Of a stretch of 64,000 nt of DNA, positions 1 to 8,796 are shown piece after piece. Below the pieces are notes generated by a model. That model was given only the letters and a program-made list of their open reading frames with translations, did no database searches and had not been told where the DNA came from. The stretch is from Patescibacteria group bacterium (GTDB lineage Bacteria; Patescibacteriota; Minisyncoccia; Minisyncoccales; Staskawiczbacteraceae). The position numbers were made by a program, and so were the translations under genes. The DNA is taken from NCBI GenBank assembly GCA_038065715.1, contig JBBTQL010000004.1, positions 35,693-99,692 on the forward strand, given 5' to 3'. Positions within the stretch are counted from its first letter, which is position 1, and the number at the start of each line of letters is the position of its first letter.

Positions 1-1
1 A

Positions 2-364
2 CCTAAAAAATTTAAAACGCAGGTTATACTAAAAAGAGATGAGTTTTTAAACCAAATTAAAACAGCATCTCTATTTTCTGGAAAAATCAACGAAGTAAAA
101 ATTACCATAAATGTTGAAAAAAAAGAAATAGAAATATTTGCTCAAAGCCCGGATCTTGGCGAAAATAAATCTATTATTATAGGAAAAATAGACGGAGAAT
201 CAATAGAAGCTTCTTTTAATCACAGGTTTTTAACAGATGGTCTATTAAATATAAAAAGCTCAGAAGTAATGTTTAATTTAAGCAAAGAAGAGGGGGCGTG
301 CATTTTAAGGCCGGTCGGCGACGCGAGTTATATTTATGTGGTAATGCCAATTAAATCAACATAG
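2..364 (+). CDS. dnaN: DNA polymerase III beta sliding clamp, C-terminal part (5' end lies outside the window)
   Basis: The frame is open from the window edge. The translation ends ...NHRFLTDGLLNIKSSEVMFNLSKEEGACILRPVGDASYIYVVMPIKST*, a typical DnaN domain III C-terminus. TAG stop at 362-364. Confidence 0.8.
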   Translation, partial: PKKFKTQVILKRDEFLNQIKTASLFSGKINEVKITINVEKKEIEIFAQSPDLGENKSIIIGKIDGESIEASFNHRFLTDGLLNIKSSEVMFNLSKEEGACILRPVGDASYIYVVMPIKST

Positions 365-367
365 GTT

Positions 368-2497
368 TTATCTTCCGGCAGCCAGCCAATTATTAATTCC
401 TTGTTGCCAATAATTATATTGCGCGTCTGTGTTTGGATTTTGTGGAGGAGGGCCCAAAGGATCATCTTTATTTATATAATATAAAATAGTGTTAGTGTCA
501 TTAGAATTTAACTGGCCCAATAAAACAGGGCTTTTATTTATTATATTGTCTGGCGGATTAAAATTTTCAACAGCATGATTTTTAATTATTTTTTCTATAA
601 CTTTTCTCCATATTGGAGCCGCTAATCCAACGCCAACATCTTTTGTTGGAGAATTATCGCTGTTTCCAACCCACACCCCCACAACCGTGAAGGGAGAATA
701 TCCCATTGTCCAGCCGTCTTTTAAATTTGATGTCGTTCCTGTTTTAGCCGCAACCTGATAGTCTGGAAAATAAAGAGCGGAATTTGCGCCGAAAACAGGC
801 GCCCTTAAATTATTGTCTGATAAAATATTATTTATTTGCCTTGCGGTCTGCGTGTCTAAAACCTTAGTAGATTGTTTGTTTTTTTGTTCAATAATATTGC
901 CGCCGCTGTCTTCTATTTTTAATATACTAGACGGAGAGGTCAGTAAACCTTCTGTCGCAAAAACACCATAAGCAGAGGTTAATTCTAATAAATTTACTTC
1001 TCCTCCGCCCAACACCAAGGATAAGCCATAACGATCCGGATTATTTAAAGTTGTCATTCCAAAATCTTGCGCTGTTTTTAAAGCGTCTTTAAGCCCCGAC
1101 AAATATAATAATTTTACCGATGGAAGGTTTAAAGATTGCGCTAAAGATTGCCTTATAGTAACCTTTCCTCTATAAGCGCCGTCATAATTTTGAGGATGAT
1201 AACATTCTAACCCATACATGTCTTTTTGCTGGCCTCCGTTAGGGCTGCAATTAGGGTTAAATTCAGTTTTTGCGTCCCATAACACTGTATCTGGGGTAAA
1301 ACCTTTTTTAAGCGCTGTAGCATAAACAAATGGCTTAAACGATGATCCTGGCTGTCTTTGCCCCATAGTTGCCACATCATATTTTGGATCAAATAAACAA
1401 CTTCCTGCGGGCTTTTCATCACATCCTGAAGGATAGGGTTTTTCAAAATAATTTTTTGATCCAATTAGCGCTAAAATTTCGCCGGTTTTTGGGTCAAGAA
1501 CCACCACGGCTGCATTATTCGCCCCGCGGCTTTTATTTGTTTTTTCTGCGTCTTTTAAAATTTTCTCTGCATATTGCTGAATATCCCAGTCTATCGTTGT
1601 ATAAACCCTTAATCCTTTTTCCTTTAAAAAATCTTCGCCGTATTTTTTATTTAAATATTTTTGTACATACATTACAAAATGCGGAGCTTTTATATTTGTT
1701 CTGTCTTCTGAAAAAACTATTTTTTCTGCCTTTGATTTTTCCATTTGGTCTTTTGTTATATACCCCGCTTTCTGTACTTTTTCTAAAACATAATCTTTTC
1801 TTTTTAAAAGTTCGTTTTTATTAGAACCGTATGGAGAAAGATAACTTGGAGCCGGAAGCAGCGCCGTTAAAGTTGCGGCCTCTGCCACAGAAATATCAGA
1901 CGCCGGCTTATTAAAATATGTTTGGCTGGCAGACTCAACCCCATAAGTATTTTGTCCGAAAGGAACTGCGTTTAAATACCAATTAAAAATTTGGTCTTTT
2001 GAATATTTTCTTTCTAATTCTATGCTTAAAACAATTTCCCTGACTTTTCTTGATATGCTTTTTTGGCCAGTTAAATAAACAGACCTTATTAGTTGCTGGG
2101 TTATTGTAGATCCGCCCTGGCTGGCAGATTGCAGTTTTAAGTCAATTAGTATGGCTCTGAATATTCCTTCAAAATCTATTCCGCCATGCTGGTAAAACCT
2201 TGCATCCTCTGAAGCTAAAACGGCATGTTTTAAATTATCTGAGATTTTATCAAACGCAACAATTTCCCTTTTTTCTTCGCCATAAATATCATATAAAAGA
2301 ACCTTTCCTGTCCTGTCATAAATTTTAGTGGATTGTATAAATGGAGTTTCAGTGAATTTTTCGGGCTGGGGCAGATTATAAGTGTAATAAAAAAACAGCA
2401 ATAAAATAAAACCTAAGAAAGCCAAAAACAAATAAGACAGGTATTCCCCTATCTTAATTACTATTTTTAATCTTTTATCTTTAATATTTTTAAACAT
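368..2497 (-). CDS. mrcA: Class A penicillin-binding protein (PBP1a; transglycosylase + transpeptidase)
   Basis: 709 aa with an N-terminal TM helix. GT51 motif EDARFYQHGGIDFEGIFRA. Transpeptidase motifs SSFKPFVYATAL (SxxK) and KTGTT. Confidence 0.85.
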   Translation of the reverse strand: MFKNIKDKRLKIVIKIGEYLSYLFLAFLGFILLLFFYYTYNLPQPEKFTETPFIQSTKIYDRTGKVLLYDIYGEEKREIVAFDKISDNLKHAVLASEDARFYQHGGIDFEGIFRAILIDLKLQSASQGGSTITQQLIRSVYLTGQKSISRKVREIVLSIELERKYSKDQIFNWYLNAVPFGQNTYGVESASQTYFNKPASDISVAEAATLTALLPAPSYLSPYGSNKNELLKRKDYVLEKVQKAGYITKDQMEKSKAEKIVFSEDRTNIKAPHFVMYVQKYLNKKYGEDFLKEKGLRVYTTIDWDIQQYAEKILKDAEKTNKSRGANNAAVVVLDPKTGEILALIGSKNYFEKPYPSGCDEKPAGSCLFDPKYDVATMGQRQPGSSFKPFVYATALKKGFTPDTVLWDAKTEFNPNCSPNGGQQKDMYGLECYHPQNYDGAYRGKVTIRQSLAQSLNLPSVKLLYLSGLKDALKTAQDFGMTTLNNPDRYGLSLVLGGGEVNLLELTSAYGVFATEGLLTSPSSILKIEDSGGNIIEQKNKQSTKVLDTQTARQINNILSDNNLRAPVFGANSALYFPDYQVAAKTGTTSNLKDGWTMGYSPFTVVGVWVGNSDNSPTKDVGVGLAAPIWRKVIEKIIKNHAVENFNPPDNIINKSPVLLGQLNSNDTNTILYYINKDDPLGPPPQNPNTDAQYNYWQQGINNWLAAGR

Positions 2498-2544
2498 ATA
2501 TTTTTGAATATAATTTAAGAATATAATACCACAAAACCCCTATT

Positions 2545-2587
2545 TTTACAAAAAACAAAAACTCCGCTTAAATTCCACGGAGTTTTT
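2545..2587 (-). terminator. Intrinsic terminator (9-bp stem aaaactccg/cggagtttt) downstream of the ruvC operon
   Basis: Perfect 9-bp stem at 2558-2566 and 2578-2586, followed on the minus strand by a T-run. Confidence 0.5.
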
Positions 2588-2602
2588 GTTTTGTTGTTGT
2601 TA

Positions 2603-2788
2603 TTATTCTTCTTCCTCTACCATTGTATCATCATCGTCGTCAACCACTTCTTCGGCTTTTTCATCGTCGCCGTCATCATCCCAATTATCTTCATCAAAGT
2701 CATCTTCTTGATTTATAAGCCTATTTAAAAATTCTTCTTCCATTTTTTTTATTTTTTTAATTCTATTGTCCTTATTATATTTTTTCAT
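2603..2788 (-). CDS. Small highly acidic hypothetical protein
   Basis: 61-aa ORF directly downstream of ruvC. DE-rich tail (DDDGDDEKAEEVVDDDDD). No obvious SD sequence. Confidence 0.3.
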   Translation of the reverse strand: MKKYNKDNRIKKIKKMEEEFLNRLINQEDDFDEDNWDDDGDDEKAEEVVDDDDDTMVEEEE

Positions 2789-2833
2789 AAACTATTGTCA
2801 ACCCCGTTAAAAGCCTACTCTGTGGAAAACTTT

Positions 2834-3331
2834 TTAAGTCCAATAATTTTTTAACGAAGCGCAAATAGCCAGCCCCAAAGCATCAAAAGCATCGTCCTTT
2901 TTTCTATTGTTTTTTTTAAAATCAAACCCGTTTAAATCCAATGTTTTTTTTAGCATCTCTTGCATTTGTTTTTTTTCTGCCCTGCCATACCCAGTGATAG
3001 CCATTTTCACTTGCAAAGGAGTAAATTCTACAACTGGCAATTTTTTTTCTTCAGCCGCAAGCAGTATTACTCCCTTTGTTTGGCTTACGGGAATTGCTGT
3101 TTTTAAATTTTTAAAGAAAAATAAATTTTCAACAGCCATTATTTCAGGTTTATGCTTTGCAATCAGTTTTTCTGTTTCTTTGTATATTTTTTTTAATCTT
3201 TCTCCAGTGGTTGCAAACTGCTCTGTTATTATGCATCCAAAATCAATAACCTCAACGCGGCAGTCTTTATGCTTTTTGATAATAGAATAGCCAACCACCA
3301 CAGACCCCGGATCTATGCCTAAGATTATCAT
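2834..3331 (-). CDS. ruvC: Holliday junction resolvase RuvC
   Basis: MIILGIDPGSVVVGYSII... RuvC N-terminus with catalytic Asp. 165 aa. Confidence 0.85.
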   Translation of the reverse strand: MIILGIDPGSVVVGYSIIKKHKDCRVEVIDFGCIITEQFATTGERLKKIYKETEKLIAKHKPEIMAVENLFFFKNLKTAIPVSQTKGVILLAAEEKKLPVVEFTPLQVKMAITGYGRAEKKQMQEMLKKTLDLNGFDFKKNNRKKDDAFDALGLAICASLKNYWT

Positions 3332-4057
3332 TTAGTTTTTTAGGTTAGAGTAAATATCGTTTACTGCATCGTTTTCGTCTAAGGCTTCAAAGAGTTTTTG
3401 CGCTTGTTGTTTTTCTTTTTCTGAAATTTCAACTTCTTCTTTAGCAACATAATCCAAAGACGCAGATTCAATTTTAATCCCCTTTTCTTCTAAGGATTTT
3501 TTTACGCTATCTAAATCTTCTATTTTTGTATAAATTTCAAGTTCGTCTCCGCGCCACTTTACATCATCTGCGCCAGCTTCTATGGCTAAAAGCTCCAGTT
3601 CTTCTTTTGTTTTATTGTTTCCGCTAACAGATATAGCTCCTTTTCTCTCAAACATCCATCTCACAGCTCCTTCGCCTGCCATTTTTCCGTTATTTTGGTT
3701 TAAAATAGATTTTATTTCTCCCAAAGTCCTGTTTGTATTGTCTGTAATGCCGTTAATTATTAAAGCGATTCCTCCTGGCCCAAATCCCTCAAAAGACACC
3801 TCTTCTAAAGTTTCTCCTGCCAATTCTCCGGTACCTTTTTTAATTGCCCGTTCAATATTTTCTTTGGGCATATTCATATTTTTAGCCTGTTCTATCACAG
3901 CCTTAAGTTTGGCGTTTTTAAATGGGTCTCCCGATCCCCCTCCTTCTTTGACGGCTATTGTAATTAACCGGCCATATTTAGAATATATTTTTCCTTTTTT
4001 GGCATCATTGGCCATCTTTGTGGCCATAATTGTTTTTGCATGACTATGTCCCGACAT
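3332..4057 (-). CDS. yebC: YebC/PmpR family DNA-binding transcriptional regulator
   Basis: MSGHSHAKTIMATKMANDAKKGKIYSKYGRLITIAVKEGGG... signature of the YebC family. Forms the common ruvC-yebC arrangement. Confidence 0.85.
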   Translation of the reverse strand: MSGHSHAKTIMATKMANDAKKGKIYSKYGRLITIAVKEGGGSGDPFKNAKLKAVIEQAKNMNMPKENIERAIKKGTGELAGETLEEVSFEGFGPGGIALIINGITDNTNRTLGEIKSILNQNNGKMAGEGAVRWMFERKGAISVSGNNKTKEELELLAIEAGADDVKWRGDELEIYTKIEDLDSVKKSLEEKGIKIESASLDYVAKEEVEISEKEKQQAQKLFEALDENDAVNDIYSNLKN

Positions 4058-5057
4058 ATTTTTTAAAAAGTTTTAATTTAATTAATAATACAATTGCGGC
4101 TGAAATTATAGTTATAATTAAGGCTGTTAAAAATAAAAACCAAGGATTTGCCCCGCTAAAACTTTCGTTGGCAGTTTGGCTTATTGCGTCATTAATGCTT
4201 GCTGTTTTTAAATTTTCATCAACTTTATTACTATTACCAGATTTTTTAGAATTAGACAATATCTCTAAAACAATAATATTTGCAGTTCCCGGGGTAAGGG
4301 TCTTACTCCATTGCCAGCCTGCCTGCGCGGGCAGGCCATTATTCGTTTTATTGTAAGATTGGCCGAGAGGCGCCTTTGTGAGAGAAACTAAATCAATGGT
4401 TTTGCCATCGGGAGTTAACAAATTTAAGCCGTCCCCATCATTGTTCAGTATTATTTTAGTGTCTTGTCTTTTAAAAACTAAATATCCATTGGCAGATATT
4501 TTTACCTGCCTGCCTTCAGGCAGGTATTTAGAAATTGTAAAAGCCGTAATTGTGCCTGCTGTATCTTTTATTTGCCAGTTTGATAAATCAACTTCAAAGT
4601 TATTTGCGTTATATAATTCAATCCATTCGTTTGTTTCGTCTGCGCCTTCTGGTGAAGGCAAAATCTCATTTATAAAAATTCCGCTCGGATAAATTATCGC
4701 GCGTGTTGCCTCTGTCGTGTTTTGTGTATTTAAATTTTGAGAATTAGGATTTGTTTCGGATTTAGAATTTTGAATTTCGGATTTTTCGCCTACATAGGCG
4801 AGCCCCTGGTCTTTTATTTTTTGTAAAGTTTTTTCTCCTATTCCTTTAACTTTTATCAAATCGTCAACAGATAAAAATGGTCTTGCCTCTATTATTCTTT
4901 GCGCCAATACCGGCCCTATGCCAATTATCTCATCTAATTGCGCCAATGAGGCGGTATTTATTTCCACCTTATCTGCCCGCGCAGACAGGTCTGCCGCCAA
5001 AATAAGAGGCGGGCAAAAAGAAAAAACTAATAAAAAAATAATAAATATATTTTTCAC
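4044..5057 (-). CDS. ComEA-like helix-hairpin-helix DNA-binding protein fused to a lamin-tail domain, with a C-terminal TM anchor
   Basis: N-terminal signal/TM segment. HhH repeats INTASLAQLDEIIGIGPVLAQRIIEARPF and VKGIGEKTLQKIKDQG. Middle region INEILPSPEGADETNEWIELYNANNFEVDLSNWQIKD (lamin-tail-domain-like). C-terminal hydrophobic helix. Confidence 0.6.
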   Translation of the reverse strand: MKNIFIIFLLVFSFCPPLILAADLSARADKVEINTASLAQLDEIIGIGPVLAQRIIEARPFLSVDDLIKVKGIGEKTLQKIKDQGLAYVGEKSEIQNSKSETNPNSQNLNTQNTTEATRAIIYPSGIFINEILPSPEGADETNEWIELYNANNFEVDLSNWQIKDTAGTITAFTISKYLPEGRQVKISANGYLVFKRQDTKIILNNDGDGLNLLTPDGKTIDLVSLTKAPLGQSYNKTNNGLPAQAGWQWSKTLTPGTANIIVLEILSNSKKSGNSNKVDENLKTASINDAISQTANESFSGANPWFLFLTALIITIISAAIVLLIKLKLFKKYVGT

Positions 5058-5070
5058 AATTCAGGCATGC

Positions 5071-6084
5071 TTAAATTAATGGACTTTGATTGTTCTTTGG
5101 TTTAAGCCCAAAATGTTCATAGGCAAGTTTTGAGGCGACTCTGCCCTTTGGAGTTCTTTCAATAAAACCGCATTGCATCAAATAGGGTTCGTAAATATCT
5201 AAAATAGAATCTTCTTCTTCCATGGCAGCAGCCGACAAAGATTGAAGCCCCACTGGACCGCCGTTAAATTTTTCTATCAAAGCTTTTAATATAGATCTGT
5301 CGCTGGAATCTAACCCCATTTTATCCACTTCTAAAGAATTTAGCGCATCATTTGCAATTTCTTTTGTGATAAATCCATCACTTTTAACTTCTGCAAAATC
5401 TCTAACTCTTTTAAAAAGTCGGTTGGCAACCCTTGGAGTAAAACGAGACCTCTTTGCTATAATTTTTACGGCTTCTGGCTCAATCCCCACATTTAAAATT
5501 TTTCCTGACCTTTCAATTATTTTTTCAATATCTTCATTTGAGTAAAAATTTAATTGAAAAGTCGCGCCAAAGCGATTTCTTAAGGGCGAGGACAAAAGCC
5601 CGGGCCTTGTTGTGGCTCCAATCATTGTAAAATGAGGCAACTTTAATTCCATTGTTCTTGCCATAGGTCCTTTGCCTAAAATTAAATTAAGCTTGTACTC
5701 TTCCATGGCAGGATATAAATATTCTTCAACCGTTTTATTTATTCTATGTATTTCATCTAAAAACAAAACATCGCCTTCTGATAAATTAGTTAGAATTGCC
5801 GCCAAATCTCCGGCTCTTTCTACGGCAGGGCCCGAAGTCACCCTAATGGACTTGCCCATTTCATTGGCAACTAAATATGCCAGCGTGGTTTTTCCTAATC
5901 CAGAGTTCCCATAAAATAATAAATGGTCAGGCGACTGGCTTCTTTTTTTTGCCGCTGTTATTATTATCCTGATATTTTCTTTGATTTTTTCCTGGCCCAC
6001 ATACTCTTGCCAGTTTTTTGGTCGCAAAGCAGAATCCAGCGCGTTATCGTCATTGTTTATTTTTTCTGGTAAAACTCTTGACAT
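5071..6084 (-). CDS. ruvB: Holliday junction branch migration helicase RuvB
   Basis: LRPKNWQEYVGQEKIKENI...LLFYGNSGLGKTTLAYLVANEMG Walker A. AAA+ RuvB architecture. 337 aa. Confidence 0.9.
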   Translation of the reverse strand: MSRVLPEKINNDDNALDSALRPKNWQEYVGQEKIKENIRIIITAAKKRSQSPDHLLFYGNSGLGKTTLAYLVANEMGKSIRVTSGPAVERAGDLAAILTNLSEGDVLFLDEIHRINKTVEEYLYPAMEEYKLNLILGKGPMARTMELKLPHFTMIGATTRPGLLSSPLRNRFGATFQLNFYSNEDIEKIIERSGKILNVGIEPEAVKIIAKRSRFTPRVANRLFKRVRDFAEVKSDGFITKEIANDALNSLEVDKMGLDSSDRSILKALIEKFNGGPVGLQSLSAAAMEEEDSILDIYEPYLMQCGFIERTPKGRVASKLAYEHFGLKPKNNQSPLI

Positions 6085-6170
6085 AAGCTTTATAAGGTGA
6101 TATAATTAAATTTATTGACGCCTACAATTTATTATAACAAATTTGTTCGTATTATTTATAGGTTTTGCTA

Positions 6171-6305
6171 AAACAGCTCTGGAGTTGGAGGTTTTATATG
6201 GGTTTGTCTCAGTTTCCGGGTAATCTTGCTCCGGCTCGATTATTCCTCAGACAAACTTTTACTTATGTCCCAGACATAAAGACACCTCCAACTCCAGAGC
6301 TGTTT
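6171..6305. repeat. MITE-like unit: perfect 21-bp terminal inverted repeats flanking a 93-nt core
   Basis: aaacagctctggagttggagg at 6171-6191 is the exact reverse complement of 6285-6305. The core has internal hairpins. Confidence 0.5.
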
Positions 6306-6343
6306 TCCCCCGTTTCTAGTTCTTTGTTTTTAGGAGAAACGCC

Positions 6344-6520
6344 ATGAGAAAAATATGTATTATCGGGCATTCCATTTCCTGGGTGGCAGTTGTTCTATAT
6401 ATACTTGCTTGCACTTTTGCACCAGAGTTGGCCGGAAAGCACAACTGGGCAGCAATACTGTCTTTCGCCGCTCTTGGGATGTTCTCTTTTCTCCACTTCT
6501 CAGTTGTTGATGCTAAATAA
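6344..6520 (+). CDS. Small hydrophobic protein (58 aa, probably 2 TM helices)
   Basis: Strong SD taggagaaacgcc followed by ATG. Hydrophobic ORF MRKICIIGHSISWVAVVLYILACTFAPELAGKHNWAAILSFAALGMFSFLHFSVVDAK. Intrinsic terminator follows. Not in the ORF track (<60 aa). Confidence 0.4.
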   Translation: MRKICIIGHSISWVAVVLYILACTFAPELAGKHNWAAILSFAALGMFSFLHFSVVDAK

Positions 6521-6537
6521 ACATTCAACAACCTCAC

Positions 6538-6578
6538 AAAAGTCCTAGTAGGCTTCGCCCAACGGACTTTATTTTTTT
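6538..6578 (+). terminator. Intrinsic terminator (aagtcc...ggactt + T7)
   Basis: Hairpin at 6540-6569 followed by tattttttt. Confidence 0.5.
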
Positions 6579-6581
6579 AAA

Positions 6582-7913
6582 CTAACCAGCTGGCTGCTCT
6601 TCGTCTTCCTCGACAACCCTCAAAACTTCTTCTAATGTTGTATCTCCTAAAACAACATCAATTAAACCCGACTGGTACATTGTGACCATCCCCTTTTTGA
6701 TGGCTAATTCCCTAATTGATGAAACTGGAGGATTAGTTAAAATAAATTTTTCCATTTGCGAGTCTACTAAAAATACTTCAAATAATCCCTGCCTTCCTTT
6801 ATATCCTGTAAAGTTGCAAGCCTCGCACCCTTTTTCTTTTGTTTTTGCAATTTGTATTTTATTTAAATCAGGAAGGATAATATCGTTGGGCAGATTTTTT
6901 AACCCTTTTTTTATTTCAGATAATTCGCTTGCAGTCGGCTTTGCAAGGGTTGAGCATTTTTTGCATACTTTTCTTACCAATCTTTGGGCTACTGTCATTT
7001 TTAATCCTGATGCGATTGATGACGGTTCTGTGCCTAGGTCCACAAGCCTTGGAATGGTGCCAGCAGCGTCATTAGTATGTAAAGTTGATAATACCAAGTG
7101 GCCAGTTAAAGCCGCTTGCAGGGCTATTTTAGCGGTTTCAAGGTCTCTAATTTCACCAACCAATATAACATCGGGGTCTTGCCTTACTATTGACCTTAGC
7201 CCGTCTGAAAAGTCATATCCTTTTTCTGGAGCCACTTGTGTTTGAGAAACGCCTTTTAAGTGATATTCAATCGGGTCCTCAATTGTGATAATTTTAATTT
7301 CTGGATTTTGAATCTTCATTAAAAAAGCGTAAAGAGTAGTTGTTTTTCCAGAACCCGTAGGACCTGTAACAATTATCATTCCATTGGGCTTTTCAATTTC
7401 TTTTTGAAAAATTTTATATAAATCTTTTCTTAATCCTAAAGAATCTAACCCAATTAAATTTTTTGGATTTAAAATTCTCATTACAATTGATTCGCCATAT
7501 TCAGCCGGCAGGCTGGAAGTTCTTATTTCTATTAATGAGTCCTCAATTTCTATGGTAAACCTTCCGTCTTGCGGCTTATCTGTGATATTTAATTTAAGCC
7601 TAGAGAGAAGCTTTAATCTGGAAATTAAGCTGTGATATATTTTTTCGTCAAAAAAAACAACGTCCTGTAAGACGCCGTCTAACCTTATTCTTAACCTTGA
7701 GTTATTTTCCTGCGGCTCTATATGTATATCAGAAGTATCAAGCGCTATGGCTCCAAACAAAATAACATCTAAAAGATTTGTGGTATTTTGCGTTATGTAT
7801 TCTTCTATCTTTGCTTTAAAATTGGAAATACTTTTAACATCTTTTTTTACTTCAACTATAACATCTTTTGAAATAGCTACGGTTCCTAATAATTTTTTCT
7901 TTGTTTCATTCAT
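6582..7913 (-). CDS. pilB: Type II/IV secretion-system ATPase (PilB/GspE family)
   Basis: Walker A GPTGSGKTTTLYA. GEIRD/Asp box and His box. C-terminal CxxC. 443 aa. Confidence 0.8.
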   Translation of the reverse strand: MNETKKKLLGTVAISKDVIVEVKKDVKSISNFKAKIEEYITQNTTNLLDVILFGAIALDTSDIHIEPQENNSRLRIRLDGVLQDVVFFDEKIYHSLISRLKLLSRLKLNITDKPQDGRFTIEIEDSLIEIRTSSLPAEYGESIVMRILNPKNLIGLDSLGLRKDLYKIFQKEIEKPNGMIIVTGPTGSGKTTTLYAFLMKIQNPEIKIITIEDPIEYHLKGVSQTQVAPEKGYDFSDGLRSIVRQDPDVILVGEIRDLETAKIALQAALTGHLVLSTLHTNDAAGTIPRLVDLGTEPSSIASGLKMTVAQRLVRKVCKKCSTLAKPTASELSEIKKGLKNLPNDIILPDLNKIQIAKTKEKGCEACNFTGYKGRQGLFEVFLVDSQMEKFILTNPPVSSIRELAIKKGMVTMYQSGLIDVVLGDTTLEEVLRVVEEDEEQPAG

Positions 7914-8748
7914 TTTTATTAAAAATATTATTTTTTATTTCTTTTAAGTCGGCTCCCGTTTTCATTAAAAGCCCGGCAGTTTCAAAAATTTCCTGCGTTG
8001 TTTTTGAATTTCCAAAATTTTCTGTGTAAATTGCCAGTCCTGCCAAAAAGCAGTTGGCAGCCTGTTTTTTTACCCCGTTAGAAAGCCCATCTTTTGAGGG
8101 TTCCTTATTGGATGGGTCGTATGGCCCCGGTTGCTCAAGCTTTCTATCGGGGTTTACAAGATTTAACGCCATCTCTGACAAAGAATAATCTCTTATTATG
8201 TTTATTCTACCAAAGTTTTGGTTTTTTGTCCCGACTTCGTCGAGGATGCTCGATGGCGAAGCCATCGGCACACTTTCACTATCTATATTTAAAATAAGAG
8301 AATCCAGTAAAAACCCATAAGAGTTAAGCTTGCCAGCCAATTCAGTTTTAAAATCTTTTATTCCTAAAGTTATTGTAAGGTCTGGTTTTGTTTCTGAAAA
8401 ATAAAATAAGAGGTTTTCTTTTTTTATATTTCCCCTGTCAATCATTAAATGAATTTTTAATCCTTCTTCATTTTTTTCGTAGTAAACCTGCGAGATTTCA
8501 GCTGTTTTTTGAGGAATTGAAATCACAAAGTTTTTTGGATATGAAATATGGCCTAAGCTAGGCAATAAAAATCGAAATTTTTCTGGAAATTCTTCTATTA
8601 TTAAGTTTACATTTTTATTTAATTCTTTTAAAGTATAAAAAAGAGCCAAAGCAACTGGAATGCTTTCGCCATTTGGGTTATCATTTGGAATAATGCAGAT
8701 ATTTTTTGCTTCAGAAATTAATTGCTTTGCTTCTTGCGGTATTTCCAT
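7906..8748 (-). CDS. Hypothetical protein, possibly a degenerate DHH-family phosphoesterase, carrying a GC-palindrome insertion
   Basis: N-terminus ICIIPNDNPNGESIPVALALF resembles DHH motif I/II but lacks the catalytic His. Overlaps pilB by 8 nt. Palindromic element at 8228-8271 lies in-frame. Confidence 0.35.
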   Translation of the reverse strand: MEIPQEAKQLISEAKNICIIPNDNPNGESIPVALALFYTLKELNKNVNLIIEEFPEKFRFLLPSLGHISYPKNFVISIPQKTAEISQVYYEKNEEGLKIHLMIDRGNIKKENLLFYFSETKPDLTITLGIKDFKTELAGKLNSYGFLLDSLILNIDSESVPMASPSSILDEVGTKNQNFGRINIIRDYSLSEMALNLVNPDRKLEQPGPYDPSNKEPSKDGLSNGVKKQAANCFLAGLAIYTENFGNSKTTQEIFETAGLLMKTGADLKEIKNNIFNKNE

Positions 8749-8796
8749 AAAATTTAAGATTTAATATACCCTATTCGATTTTAAAAAATAAGTCAA

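Noticed and set aside
1207-1824. ORFs 1207..1464 (-) and 1369..1824 (+) inside/antisense to the PBP1a gene; similarly 2907..3290, 3582..4043, 4030..4356, 4378..4692, 5672..5914, 6682..7245 and other nested ORFs
   Set aside because: All lie within or antisense to well-supported conserved genes and have low-complexity or hydrophobic nonsense translations typical of AT-rich antisense frames.
6165-6537. ORFs 6165..6347 (+) and 6316..6537 (-)
   Set aside because: The first spans the inverted-repeat element and the second is antisense to the SD-led small membrane ORF. Neither has a ribosome-binding site.
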